DNA of 64,000 nucleotides. Source: an uncultured delta proteobacterium (lineage in GTDB: Bacteria > Desulfobacterota > Binatia > Binatales > Binataceae). Below, piece after piece: positions 38,959-47,573 of this stretch (positions are counted from its first letter, which is position 1; the number at the start of each line of letters is the position of its first letter). The stretch spans positions 384,001-448,000 of the forward strand of contig CAVRVY010000004.1 of assembly GCA_963724765.1 (NCBI GenBank). Reading direction: 5' to 3'. Position numbers and translations under genes: made by a program. Under the pieces are notes generated by a model. That model made no database searches. It was not told where the DNA came from and saw nothing but the letters and a program-made list of their open reading frames with translations.

Positions 38959-39987
38959 TCAACTTTTGACGTGCGGCATCACTTCCGCGGCGAACAGCCG
39001 CATCGAGCCCATCGTCTTGTCCATATCGACACCCGGAAACTGCATCCAGCAAATAAGATAGTCCATTCCGATCTCGCTCTGGTAGCGTTGGATCTCGCGC
39101 ACGCAATGGTCGGGGCTGCCGATGATGAAGCGCTCGCGATGGCTCTCGAAGGTCACGGTGGCCGGGTCCTTGACCAGCTCGCCGTGATCATCGCGCAGCG
39201 GCCGCACGCCCGCCCACTTGCCGTACATTCCGCCATGGATATGCATCACGCCGTCGCGCGCCTCGGCTTCGGCCTGGGCGGTGGTCGGCGCGCAGTAGAC
39301 CTCGCGGATGATCGGGACGCAGGTGGGATGCTTGCCGAACTGCTGCAGGTACTCGCCGTAGATCGCGAAGTGCTGCTTCAGCTCGGCGATATGATGGCGC
39401 GGTGAAGCGACCAGCGCGTCGGCCCATTGCGCGGCCCGGCGGACTCCGGCCTGCGTCGAAGCGCCGATCCAGATCGGCGGGCGCGGCTTCTGCACCGGTT
39501 TGGGCGTGACCGACGTCTCGGGAATCCTGTAGTAGCGGCCCTCGTACGAGAATGACTCCGTGGTCCAGGCCTTGATCATGATGTCGAGCTGCTCTTCCAT
39601 CCGCCGCTCACGGCCGGCGCGCTCTTCTTGGTGGCCGGCGAACTCCTCGGGCCGGTAGCCCGCCGCCACGCCCAGGATGATACGGCCGTTGGAGATGTTG
39701 TCGAGCACGGCCACGTCTTCGGCCGATTGCACCGGGCGATGGAGCGGCAGCAGGTACATGCTGGTGCCGATGGTCATGCGCCGCGTGCGCGCCGCCATCG
39801 CCGCCGCGGTGACCAGCGGCGAAGGGCAGATGCCGTCGGCGAGAAAATGATGCTCGACCAGCCAGGCGGAGTCGAAGCCGAGGCCCTCGCCGGCTTCGAC
39901 CTCTTCGAGCATCTCGCGATAGATCTGCGCCTGGGTCGCGGGCTTGTCAGGCCGCGATTGAAGTGAGTACAAGAGGCCAAAGCGCAT
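38959..39987 (-). CDS. LLM-class flavin-dependent oxidoreductase
   Basis: Motifs: GFDSAWLVEHHF..DG.CPSP, LPLHRP...AED, SNGRIILGVAAGY, PKPVQKPRPPIWIG. Confidence 0.92.
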   Translation of the reverse strand: MRFGLLYSLQSRPDKPATQAQIYREMLEEVEAGEGLGFDSAWLVEHHFLADGICPSPLVTAAAMAARTRRMTIGTSMYLLPLHRPVQSAEDVAVLDNISNGRIILGVAAGYRPEEFAGHQEERAGRERRMEEQLDIMIKAWTTESFSYEGRYYRIPETSVTPKPVQKPRPPIWIGASTQAGVRRAAQWADALVASPRHHIAELKQHFAIYGEYLQQFGKHPTCVPIIREVYCAPTTAQAEAEARDGVMHIHGGMYGKWAGVRPLRDDHGELVKDPATVTFESHRERFIIGSPDHCVREIQRYQSEIGMDYLICWMQFPGVDMDKTMGSMRLFAAEVMPHVKS

Positions 39988-40252
39988 CGCTTCCTCCTTG
40001 AGACTAGCTGACGGCCAGAGTTCCTATAGGCGCTGCTATACCATAGCCGGTTTATGTCGAATAGCCGGATCGTTAATGAACGACAAACCACGGCCCAGGT
40101 TCGAGGCCAAAAAGACTACAGATAGGGCTTGTCGCGGGGCGAAACTTATGAGACAACCGTTCAGATATTTAAGAAGGTTCTCTGGGTAACTCTAGCTGGC
40201 CGGGGGAGGCATCGCTGGAGCGCGCTGCTCGTCCAAAGGCTGGGAAGGAAGG

Positions 40253-40936
40253 ATGATGGTGAGAAGAAAATTAGGTCTATACCTGATGGGAGCGGCAGCT
40301 GTGTGTATGATCGCCGGCTGCTCGGCCAACGAAGAGCAGAGAAACTGCGAAACTCTGGGCGCGGGCATCGGCGCAATAGCCGGCGCCGGGATTGCCACCG
40401 CGGTTATCCTGACCACCAAGAACCACGGCTCGCACGAAAGCACCTACTTCGCGTGGGGTATTCCTGCCGGGCTCGCGGGCGGTGGTCTGATTGGTGGAGT
40501 GATCGGCCACTACATGTGCCCGCCGCCTCCGCCGCCGCCGCCAGCTCCGCCGCCGCCACCGCCGCCGCCACCACCTCCGCCGCCTCCTCCGCCGCCGGAG
40601 AAGCTAATCCTGCGTGGCGTGCATTTCGACTTTAACAAGTCCAACATCCGTCCGCAGGATGCGGCTGTGCTCGATGAAGCTGCGGGCATCCTGAAGCAGC
40701 ACGGCGACGTATCGGTCAACGTCAACGGCTACTGCGACGCGATCGGTTCAGTACGGTACAACCTGAAGCTCTCGGAGCGCCGCTCCGACGCGGTCGTGAG
40801 GTACCTTGCTGACCACGGCATCGCGGAAAGCCGCCTGAGCCCGCACGGCTACGGGAAGACGGACTTCGTCGCCACCAACAAGACGGCTGAAGGACGCGCT
40901 CAAAACCGCCGGGTCGAGCTGATTCCGAATCAGTAA
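40253..40936 (+). CDS. OmpA/Pal-type peptidoglycan-binding lipoprotein with glycine zipper and polyproline linker
   Basis: Lipobox IAGC, GAGIGAIAGAG zipper and a P8-A-P17 tract. C-terminal VHFDFNKS, NLKLSERRS.AV and GRAQNRRVE. Confidence 0.9.
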   Translation: MMVRRKLGLYLMGAAAVCMIAGCSANEEQRNCETLGAGIGAIAGAGIATAVILTTKNHGSHESTYFAWGIPAGLAGGGLIGGVIGHYMCPPPPPPPPAPPPPPPPPPPPPPPPPPEKLILRGVHFDFNKSNIRPQDAAVLDEAAGILKQHGDVSVNVNGYCDAIGSVRYNLKLSERRSDAVVRYLADHGIAESRLSPHGYGKTDFVATNKTAEGRAQNRRVELIPNQ

Positions 40937-40958
40937 GAGTCGGGCGACATAGACGCAG

Positions 40959-40997
40959 CAACGGCCGCAGTCCCTCACGGGGCTGCGGCCGTTGTGC
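40959..40997. terminator. hairpin copy 1, between convergent ompA and beta-helix genes
   Basis: CAACGGCCGCAGTCC-CTCAC-GGGGCTGCGGCCGTTG. Confidence 0.7.
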
Positions 40998-41005
40998 GTT
41001 CGAGG

Positions 41006-42013
41006 TCAGTTCAAACAGAAGAAGCCTATGTCTGACGGCGGGTTCGTAGTCGTGAACGAGTCGGCGGTCCAGCGATTGCTGCCGCAGTCTGGATTCTCAT
41101 CGAGCGCGTCATCGCTGCCGTTGCCTGTGCCCGTGATCGTCGAGAAATGGTTATGCAGGTTGCCCAGGCTGACCGCTATACCGAAATGCTGGAGCGCCGT
41201 ATTGCTGACGATGCTGTTCTTCGACCCATAGAGGGAACCCACGAAGGAGTTCCCATTGCTGGAGGCCACCCCGGACGGGCAGGCCTTGCCGTCGGGGCCG
41301 GTCGGGTTACATCCCAGATAGACGCCAGCCAAGCCGTTATTCTCGGCCTGGAAGCCGTCAAAATGGTTATTGGAGGCGCTCAGCAGCCAGATGCCAAACG
41401 TGCCATTATTTTCGGCTGCGGTGTCTTCGAAGAATGCCCCGTTTACCCCGTTGAGTTTGATTCCTGCATCGGTGTCGCCCCCGGCATTGCCGGCCACCAT
41501 TACAAAGTCCGTCGCCGTGGCGTTGACTTGAATTCCCACATTGTCCGCGCTCGAAGACTCTGCGAACAGAAATGCGTTTGCCCCGTTGACCACGGTCCCC
41601 CTGTTGTTGCCAATGGTTGTAACCAGAAACGTCGAGGCGTTGGGCCCATCCACCCGTACTCCGGTACCAAAATTCTCGATCTCAATGCTGTCCAGGAAAA
41701 CCTTGTTCGCGGAAGGTTCGACGTAAACTCCGATAGTTACGGTCGCGGGGCCCGGCCCTTTGATCGCCGGGCCGCCACTGTTGAGAAGCACGTTGCTGGC
41801 GGCGATATCGATGCAGGTCCCGGTCGAATTCATCGGATTGACACCCTGCAGAATGTAAGTGCCGGGCGAGTTGATTGAGCAACCGCACTTTAGAATTGAT
41901 TTCGCGCACGCCGCCGCAGCCGCGTCCGACGGAGCCAGGGCCATCGCGACCGCGCAGGCCATGGCCCCACTCATACCGACCGCTATTCCAGCCAATTTGC
42001 CTTGTGCTCTCAT
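41006..42013 (-). CDS. secreted right-handed parallel beta-helix protein
   Basis: Signal peptide, CGCSINSPGTYIL, and repeated GI.l/NN turns (ENNGTFGIWL, ENNGLAGVYL). Asn/Gly-rich. Confidence 0.75.
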   Translation of the reverse strand: MRAQGKLAGIAVGMSGAMACAVAMALAPSDAAAAACAKSILKCGCSINSPGTYILQGVNPMNSTGTCIDIAASNVLLNSGGPAIKGPGPATVTIGVYVEPSANKVFLDSIEIENFGTGVRVDGPNASTFLVTTIGNNRGTVVNGANAFLFAESSSADNVGIQVNATATDFVMVAGNAGGDTDAGIKLNGVNGAFFEDTAAENNGTFGIWLLSASNNHFDGFQAENNGLAGVYLGCNPTGPDGKACPSGVASSNGNSFVGSLYGSKNSIVSNTALQHFGIAVSLGNLHNHFSTITGTGNGSDDALDENPDCGSNRWTADSFTTTNPPSDIGFFCLN

Positions 42014-42244
42014 CTTGCGTCTTCCTCTTTGGATTGTGCTTCGGCTCAGCGGTCGATCGCATCGAACGCCGCGCGAGCCAAGTTAAGTTCCTGGTCAATT
42101 CCAGAAACGATCGGGGCTTTATCGCGCGTACAGGTCTGACACAAGCTAGGTGACTATGCCTTCAGCAGACCGGTGCGGTCCCGCGGGTAGGGACGGCGGG
42201 CCGGTCGGCTCGGCAGTATGCATCGAACCACGGCGAGCGCGACC

Positions 42245-42297
42245 TCAAAAGCACAACGGCCGCAGTCCTCACGGAACTGCGGCCGTTGTGCTTTTGA
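42245..42297. terminator. bidirectional terminator, hairpin copy 2
   Basis: TCAAAAGCACAACGGCCGCAGT-CCTCACGGA-ACTGCGGCCGTTGTGCTTTTGA. Confidence 0.75.
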
Positions 42298-42349
42298 AGC
42301 GTCGGTGACCAGTCTGACTATTTCTCAGATCTGAGTCGCTCGAGTCGGC

Positions 42350-43048
42350 TCACTTAACCTCGACGCTGACCTGCCGATATAGGCTCTTTCCCACGTTTAT
42401 CAGGTCGCGTTCGACTCCGCCGGGCTGCCAGCAGACGTCCTTGGCATTGCGCGTCTCTTCCTTGACTCGCTCCGGACCAGCCGCGGCGCGCTCGACAACC
42501 TTTACCTTGCCCGGCTGAACCACGAACACCGCGGCGTCGCAATCGCTCTGTTGCATCCCGAGAGCCTTGCCCGGCGGCAGCGTGGTCTCCACAACCCGCA
42601 TGCGGTCGTTCTCCATGACGCAGACGCTACCCGGCCGATCGGGGGCGTCCACCATCGCTTCGGAGCAAGTGAAACCCGCGCGATCCTGGCCAGACCGCGG
42701 CGGACGCTTGATTTCGATCAGCGCCTCGCGAAAGCGCGTCGAGCTGACGTTGCGGAAGCTCTCGGTGCCGCCCGCCTTGATGTAGAACACCGAGCGCTCA
42801 TGGCCAATGAAGTCGTAGGTTCCGACATTCTGGTCGTCGACTTTCAGGTTTGCGGCGCCGGTGATGTACAGCACGTAGTCATTTGTGTGGTGATGCAGGC
42901 CGAAGGTATCGCCGGGCGCCACGTCCATCTCCCACACTCTCACGTCCTGGTTTTCGAACAACGACCTTGTCGCGATCTGTGTCATCGGGTGCTGGCCTTT
43001 AGCTTTCGACTGATGCTTGTGTTCGGATACCTGCCCGCTTCCAGCCAT
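42350..43048 (-). CDS. tandem cupin-domain protein
   Basis: Two repeats (LFENQDVRVWEMDVAPG...HHH and MENDRMRVVETTLPPG), each ending in N...FRE/YRQ...EIK/EVK. AGGAGG RBS. Confidence 0.8.
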   Translation of the reverse strand: MAGSGQVSEHKHQSKAKGQHPMTQIATRSLFENQDVRVWEMDVAPGDTFGLHHHTNDYVLYITGAANLKVDDQNVGTYDFIGHERSVFYIKAGGTESFRNVSSTRFREALIEIKRPPRSGQDRAGFTCSEAMVDAPDRPGSVCVMENDRMRVVETTLPPGKALGMQQSDCDAAVFVVQPGKVKVVERAAAGPERVKEETRNAKDVCWQPGGVERDLINVGKSLYRQVSVEVK

Positions 43049-43219
43049 TGTCTTTTCCTCCTGGTCGCTCGCGCATGATCTTGTGCGATCTTTGCGCGAT
43101 TTTTATTGGACTTCTCCAAAAGGCCGTATAGCACGGGCCCGCGCAGCCACGCCAATGGCCCAATCAGGCCGATATTTCGTTCGCGCCGATGTTTCGATCC
43201 GAAAATGTTTCGATCATGC

Positions 43220-44077
43220 CTAGCGTTTGTAGTAATCCGGACGCCCGGCCGTCCATTGCTCGCCCCACATCTGAAAACCGCCGTCGACCGCGATGATCTC
43301 GCCGGTGATGAATTTGCCGCTCGGGCCCGCCAGGTAGCAGCAGGCGTCGGCGACGTCCTGCGCATCGCCGAGTTTCATCATCGGATTGGCGCGGCCGAAC
43401 TCCGCCCGCGCCTCCTCCGGGTAGACATTCATGCCCTCGGTAGCGGTGACGCCGGGCGCCACGTTGTTGACCCGGATGTGAAGCGGAGCCCACTCGACGG
43501 CGAGCGTCTTGCTGAGATAGATCACGCCGGCGCGTGCGGCCGAGGTATGCGCGACCCCGGGCATTCCGCGCTCCACCACGGCGACGATGTTGACGATGCA
43601 ACCGGGGCTGGCGGCGTCGCGCCAGCGCCGCGCCGCCGCTTGCATCATGTACCAGGGACCGTTGAGGTTGGTGTCGATTACCGCGTTCCATCCCTTGACG
43701 CTGAAATCAATCGCCGGCTGCGGGAACTGGCCGCCCGCGTTGTTCACCAGTACGTCGAGCCGCCCGTAGCGGCTCCAGGCGGCATCGAACAGCGCCGCGA
43801 CCTGTTCCGGATCGCGAATAGTCATCGGATGGATGAGACAATCGATGCCGAGCCGGCGCATCCCTTGCGCGGTGCTCTCGAGCGGCTCCGGTTTGCGCCC
43901 GCAAATTACCAGCTTCGCGCCGAGGCGGCCGAACTGGTACGCGATCGCTTTGCCTAACCCGGTGCCGGCGCCGGAAACCAGAACCACCTGGCCTTCGAAC
44001 AGGCCCGGGCGCCAGCTCAGTTCCAGCGCGGCGAGTTGCTCGTCGGTGAATCCGAAGATCCGATGACTATCAGCCAT
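43220..44077 (-). CDS. SDR, 2,4-dienoyl-CoA reductase/AtuB-like
   Basis: Motifs: SGAGTGLG, NNAGGQF, GW.AVIDTNLNG, AHTSAARAG, TLAVEWA. Confidence 0.88.
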   Translation of the reverse strand: MADSHRIFGFTDEQLAALELSWRPGLFEGQVVLVSGAGTGLGKAIAYQFGRLGAKLVICGRKPEPLESTAQGMRRLGIDCLIHPMTIRDPEQVAALFDAAWSRYGRLDVLVNNAGGQFPQPAIDFSVKGWNAVIDTNLNGPWYMMQAAARRWRDAASPGCIVNIVAVVERGMPGVAHTSAARAGVIYLSKTLAVEWAPLHIRVNNVAPGVTATEGMNVYPEEARAEFGRANPMMKLGDAQDVADACCYLAGPSGKFITGEIIAVDGGFQMWGEQWTAGRPDYYKR

Positions 44078-44092
44078 CGCCGATTCCCCCAA

Positions 44093-44482
44093 TCACCTGC
44101 CGCGGGGCCTAAAATGGCCTGGATCGAGATGGTCGGGGCGCACGATACGCACCTTGTTCACGGTCTGCTCGAGCAACATCGCGAGTAGTTCATCGAAGCG
44201 ATCGTCGTGGCGCCCGGCGCGAATCCCCCCGCACAGCGCCTGGCGCAGCTCCGGCAGCGGCGCCGGCGAGCCGCCAGTGGTGTCGATAAAGCGCGCGAGT
44301 TCGAGATGCTCCTGCTGGTCGAAGCCGGGCGCGAGATCCAGTTCGCGCTCGACGATGCCGAGGAGGTAGGAGGCGACGATTGCGTGATACTGATCCTCGC
44401 CCGCAAGTTTCGGCCGCACGGAATCGACGAACTCCCTTACGGTGCGCAGCAATTCGATCGCGACGGGACGGTCCTGGCTCAC
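44093..44482 (-). CDS. DUF6285 / LvaB-like small helical protein
   Basis: GTG start. Contains QDRP...ELL..VREF, YHAIVA...L.IVEREL, LC..IRAG and K..IVRP. It sits directly after the APH kinase. Confidence 0.7.
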   Translation of the reverse strand: MSQDRPVAIELLRTVREFVDSVRPKLAGEDQYHAIVASYLLGIVERELDLAPGFDQQEHLELARFIDTTGGSPAPLPELRQALCGGIRAGRHDDRFDELLAMLLEQTVNKVRIVRPDHLDPGHFRPRGR

Positions 44483-44547
44483 TTCAATTCCCTCTTTGTA
44501 GTCCTGCGTATTCGCGTGATGCCGCGTGATTCCCGGCAATTCCGCGC

Positions 44548-45579
44548 TCAGTCGTATCGGCCGGCCAGCGTCATGAGCAGATCGTACTCAACCAGGCTCG
44601 TATTGCGGCCGCAGGCGGCAAAGGCCACTGATCGGCGTTTGCCGAAGACGTGTCCGTGCGCCTGCCATACGTTGTAGATTGCCCAGCGCACGAGGCCAAA
44701 AATTTCCCAGTAGCGGATTTCGGCCGGATCGATCCTGCCGCCGCCAGCCGCAACGTAGGCCGCGAGCAGATCCTTGCGCGCGCCGAATCCGCCCACCGGA
44801 CGATCGTTCTCACCAAAGCGCCACGAGCGCGTGCATAGCCAGCCCAGGTCTTCGGCCGGACTGCCGATATGGCAGCACTCCCAATCCAGCACCGCGCGAA
44901 GTCCGTCACGTCCTACCATTAGGTTTCCAGTCCTGAAATCCCCGTGGAGAAAAGTCCGCCGCGGCTCGTGCGCACGATTGAGCTCGAGCCAGCGCAGGCC
45001 AAGCTCGATCGCGGGATGAGCTTCAGCGTACGAATCCAGCCGGCCGCGCTGCGCCAGCAGCGGGTCGCGGCTATCTGGAACCTGCTCGAGAAAGGCCAGT
45101 TCGCCGAGGTCCATCGAATGCAGCAGCGCCAGAGTTTCACCGGCCTGGGAGGTCAGGCGTGCGCGCGCATCGGCGAATTCCGCGCCGCGCAGGATCTTGC
45201 GCGGCATCGTCTCGCCATCGACGAAAGCGCTCACATAGCCGTTTCCCATCGCATCCGCGGCTTCGTACTCGAACATCGGCTCGGGCACCGGCACCTTGTG
45301 CGCGTGCGCGATCCGCATCACGCGGAACTGCACGCCCGAGGCCAGAAATGGACTGTCGGCCTCGCCGGGGCTCTCCTGGCGCGACACCAGACGGCGGCGC
45401 GCCGCGCCCTCGACGAGATCGAAAATCAGCGTGCGGTTGATTCCGCCGAGCGTTGGCACAACGACATTCTCGACCCGCGCCGCCGCGCCATAGCGGCGAT
45501 GGATCGCCTGGCGCAGCGGCTCCAGCGCGTCCGCGGAAATCGTCTTGTCGGAATTTTTGCTGGCAGATGCTCCCGTCAT
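44548..45579 (-). CDS. APH-family phosphotransferase (LvaA / ACAD10-11 kinase-like)
   Basis: Motifs: VPVPEP, VDGET, LHGDFRTGN, AVLDWE..HIGSPAEDLGWLC.RSWRFG. Confidence 0.88.
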   Translation of the reverse strand: MTGASASKNSDKTISADALEPLRQAIHRRYGAAARVENVVVPTLGGINRTLIFDLVEGAARRRLVSRQESPGEADSPFLASGVQFRVMRIAHAHKVPVPEPMFEYEAADAMGNGYVSAFVDGETMPRKILRGAEFADARARLTSQAGETLALLHSMDLGELAFLEQVPDSRDPLLAQRGRLDSYAEAHPAIELGLRWLELNRAHEPRRTFLHGDFRTGNLMVGRDGLRAVLDWECCHIGSPAEDLGWLCTRSWRFGENDRPVGGFGARKDLLAAYVAAGGGRIDPAEIRYWEIFGLVRWAIYNVWQAHGHVFGKRRSVAFAACGRNTSLVEYDLLMTLAGRYD

Positions 45580-45580
45580 A

Positions 45581-45628
45581 TCTAGATCTCTACGTGTCTA
45601 GGTCTTTACGTGTCTAAGTCTCTACGTG
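45581..45628. repeat. 3 x 16-bp imperfect tandem repeat
   Basis: TCTAGATCTCTACGTG / TCTAGGTCTTTACGTG / TCTAAGTCTCTACGTG. Confidence 0.85.
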
Positions 45629-45787
45629 CTCGATGCAACCGGTGGCAAGCGATCGTGTTTTTAGCTGACCGACAAGTGGCTATCAGACGAAGAGCCACGG
45701 TTTGCATGTTATACGTTGTTTTAACCAAACATACGTCTTAAAATACTCAGATTCACTAAACAATATGCGTAACTATCAATAACCTTG

Positions 45788-45816
45788 TTGACATTCTTTG
45801 TAATGCTTTGTACATT
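45788..45816 (+). promoter_or_regulatory. near-consensus sigma-70 promoter
   Basis: TTGACA-N17-TACATT within an AT-rich patch (45710-45830). Confidence 0.65.
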
Positions 45817-46055
45817 TCGTAACAGTGTCATGGCTTGGGAAGATTCTTGGGGGAGGATCTTCCTGACCTGCCAGCAAAGTGCAGGGGGCCAGGCCGCTGA
45901 CACCTGCTGCGGCTGTCTCACCTTCAACTGATCTGATCATCCCTCGTTCATGACCGACAACTTCTGCCGGTCGGCGGCGTCGTGCGCAAAACGCGAGCGG
46001 CGCCGCGGCGGAGAACTGCGTGCGCCGCCTCAGATTTTTTTTAAGGGGGAGAGCG

Positions 46056-47573
46056 ATGAAAGGTTTTTTTGGTTTTGTAGCGCGCTTCTTTTTGTTAGCC
46101 GCAACGCTGTTCGCATTCCTGTCCGCTGCTGCGCCTGGAGCTCACGCCTCGCCGCTGGTCGTGTACCTGCCCGCTGCCGCGCCTGAAGGCCAAGGCTCGA
46201 CGATGGAGCTCGGAAGGCCGCAGATGCTACGCTCCAGGCGTCTTTCCACCCCTACACCGACGCCAAAGCAGACTCCCAAGCCGACTCCTGCCGCGACACC
46301 ATCTCCCGACCACACCCCAACCCCGGCGCCTACTCCGGCATCAACGCCGAAGCCGGACCCCAGCACGACTCCTGTCGCCACGCCGACGCCCTCGAGTGTT
46401 GGCGCGGAAATCACTATTAACGCGCCGAGCAATGGACAAACGATTAGCGGTACGGCGATAACCGTGGCAGTCACGCTGGGCCCCGACGTTTACTGGGACC
46501 AACTGCAGGTGGATGGGGTCAACGTGCTCTCGGGTAGCGGCAACTTCACCTGGGATTCGGCCAGCGTCGCGAACGGCACACATACGCTGACGGTCCGGGT
46601 GTTCCAGCAGGGCGGCACCGCGCCCATCGGCACCGCGTACGTCTCGGTCATCGTCAACAATCTGACCGCAAGTCCGACTCCTGCTCCTTCAGCGACCCCG
46701 AGCCCTAGCCCGAGCCCTAGATCGACGGCAAGCTCGACGCCAACCGCAAGTCCTACGCCTGCGGCAACACCCACACCGGGCACGGCACCCACGCACTTCT
46801 CTACTTTAGGCTACCGGGCGACGCTGCCAAGCGAGCCGCAGTGCACGGCCTGGTCGAACGCAATTCCGATCGCGGAGAACGCGCCGAATAATACGGCCTT
46901 CAATGTGCCGCCGCCCGATGGCGTTCCATCGTCGTTCTACTCCAATCCAACGCCATCCAGTGGCGGTGGGATTCCCAGTTCGGACTATGCGAACGTGACT
47001 GGCAACTACTCCGGGACGACCGACGAGATTGTTCGGTGGGCTGCCTGTAAGTGGGGAGTCGACGAGGACGTGGTACGGGCGCAGGGCGAGGTGGAGTCCG
47101 GGTGGGATCAGGGCGGTGCGGGCGACAAGAGGACCACGGAGTCGACATGCGTTAATGGCACCTTCACGGCATTGTGGAACACGGTGATCAGCGAGCCAGA
47201 CGGCTCTACCGTGTCGTGTCCGAATTGCTGCTATACGTCATGGAGTATGTGGCAAACCAAGGCCTATTACGAGACCACGACTTGGTCAATGATCATGCAG
47301 AGCACGCCATTCGCCGCGGACTATCGTTATGCAGATCAGCGGTCGTGTATGAACGGCGACTGGGCTACCTACTTCGCCAGCCCGGCTCAACAGCCCAACA
47401 CTTATGCGGCCGATATTGCGGCTTTTGCGGCTGGTGGCAGCGATTCTCGCGTGCTGTGGGGATGCATTGGATTCCATTTCTCAGGCGGCTGGTACGACTC
47501 GAGCGCGCAGACTTACATCGACGAGGTTCAGACCGCTCTGGCGGCGCACGATTGGCCAGGCGGGGTGCAGTAA
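46056..47573 (+). CDS. secreted modular protein: PT-rich linker, Ig-like (Big_7) domain, PT/S linker, lysozyme/SLT-like domain
   Basis: Signal peptide (AHA-SP), ITINAPSNGQTISG...WDSASVANGTHTLTV, then TTDEIVRWAACKWGVDEDVVRAQGEVESGW. Confidence 0.75.
   Translation: MKGFFGFVARFFLLAATLFAFLSAAAPGAHASPLVVYLPAAAPEGQGSTMELGRPQMLRSRRLSTPTPTPKQTPKPTPAATPSPDHTPTPAPTPASTPKPDPSTTPVATPTPSSVGAEITINAPSNGQTISGTAITVAVTLGPDVYWDQLQVDGVNVLSGSGNFTWDSASVANGTHTLTVRVFQQGGTAPIGTAYVSVIVNNLTASPTPAPSATPSPSPSPRSTASSTPTASPTPAATPTPGTAPTHFSTLGYRATLPSEPQCTAWSNAIPIAENAPNNTAFNVPPPDGVPSSFYSNPTPSSGGGIPSSDYANVTGNYSGTTDEIVRWAACKWGVDEDVVRAQGEVESGWDQGGAGDKRTTESTCVNGTFTALWNTVISEPDGSTVSCPNCCYTSWSMWQTKAYYETTTWSMIMQSTPFAADYRYADQRSCMNGDWATYFASPAQQPNTYAADIAAFAAGGSDSRVLWGCIGFHFSGGWYDSSAQTYIDEVQTALAAHDWPGGVQ

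Noticed and set aside
40959-42297. Integron attC sites (AAC...GTT-ended palindromes)
   Set aside because: The AAC-to-GTT core is only ~41 bp, lacks the typical extrahelical bases, and no integrase is present. A duplicated terminator fits better.
45825-46055. Known riboswitch (c-di-GMP, c-di-AMP, cobalamin, SAM, TPP)
   Set aside because: I could not match the conserved core motifs by eye, so it is kept only as an unknown-leader candidate.
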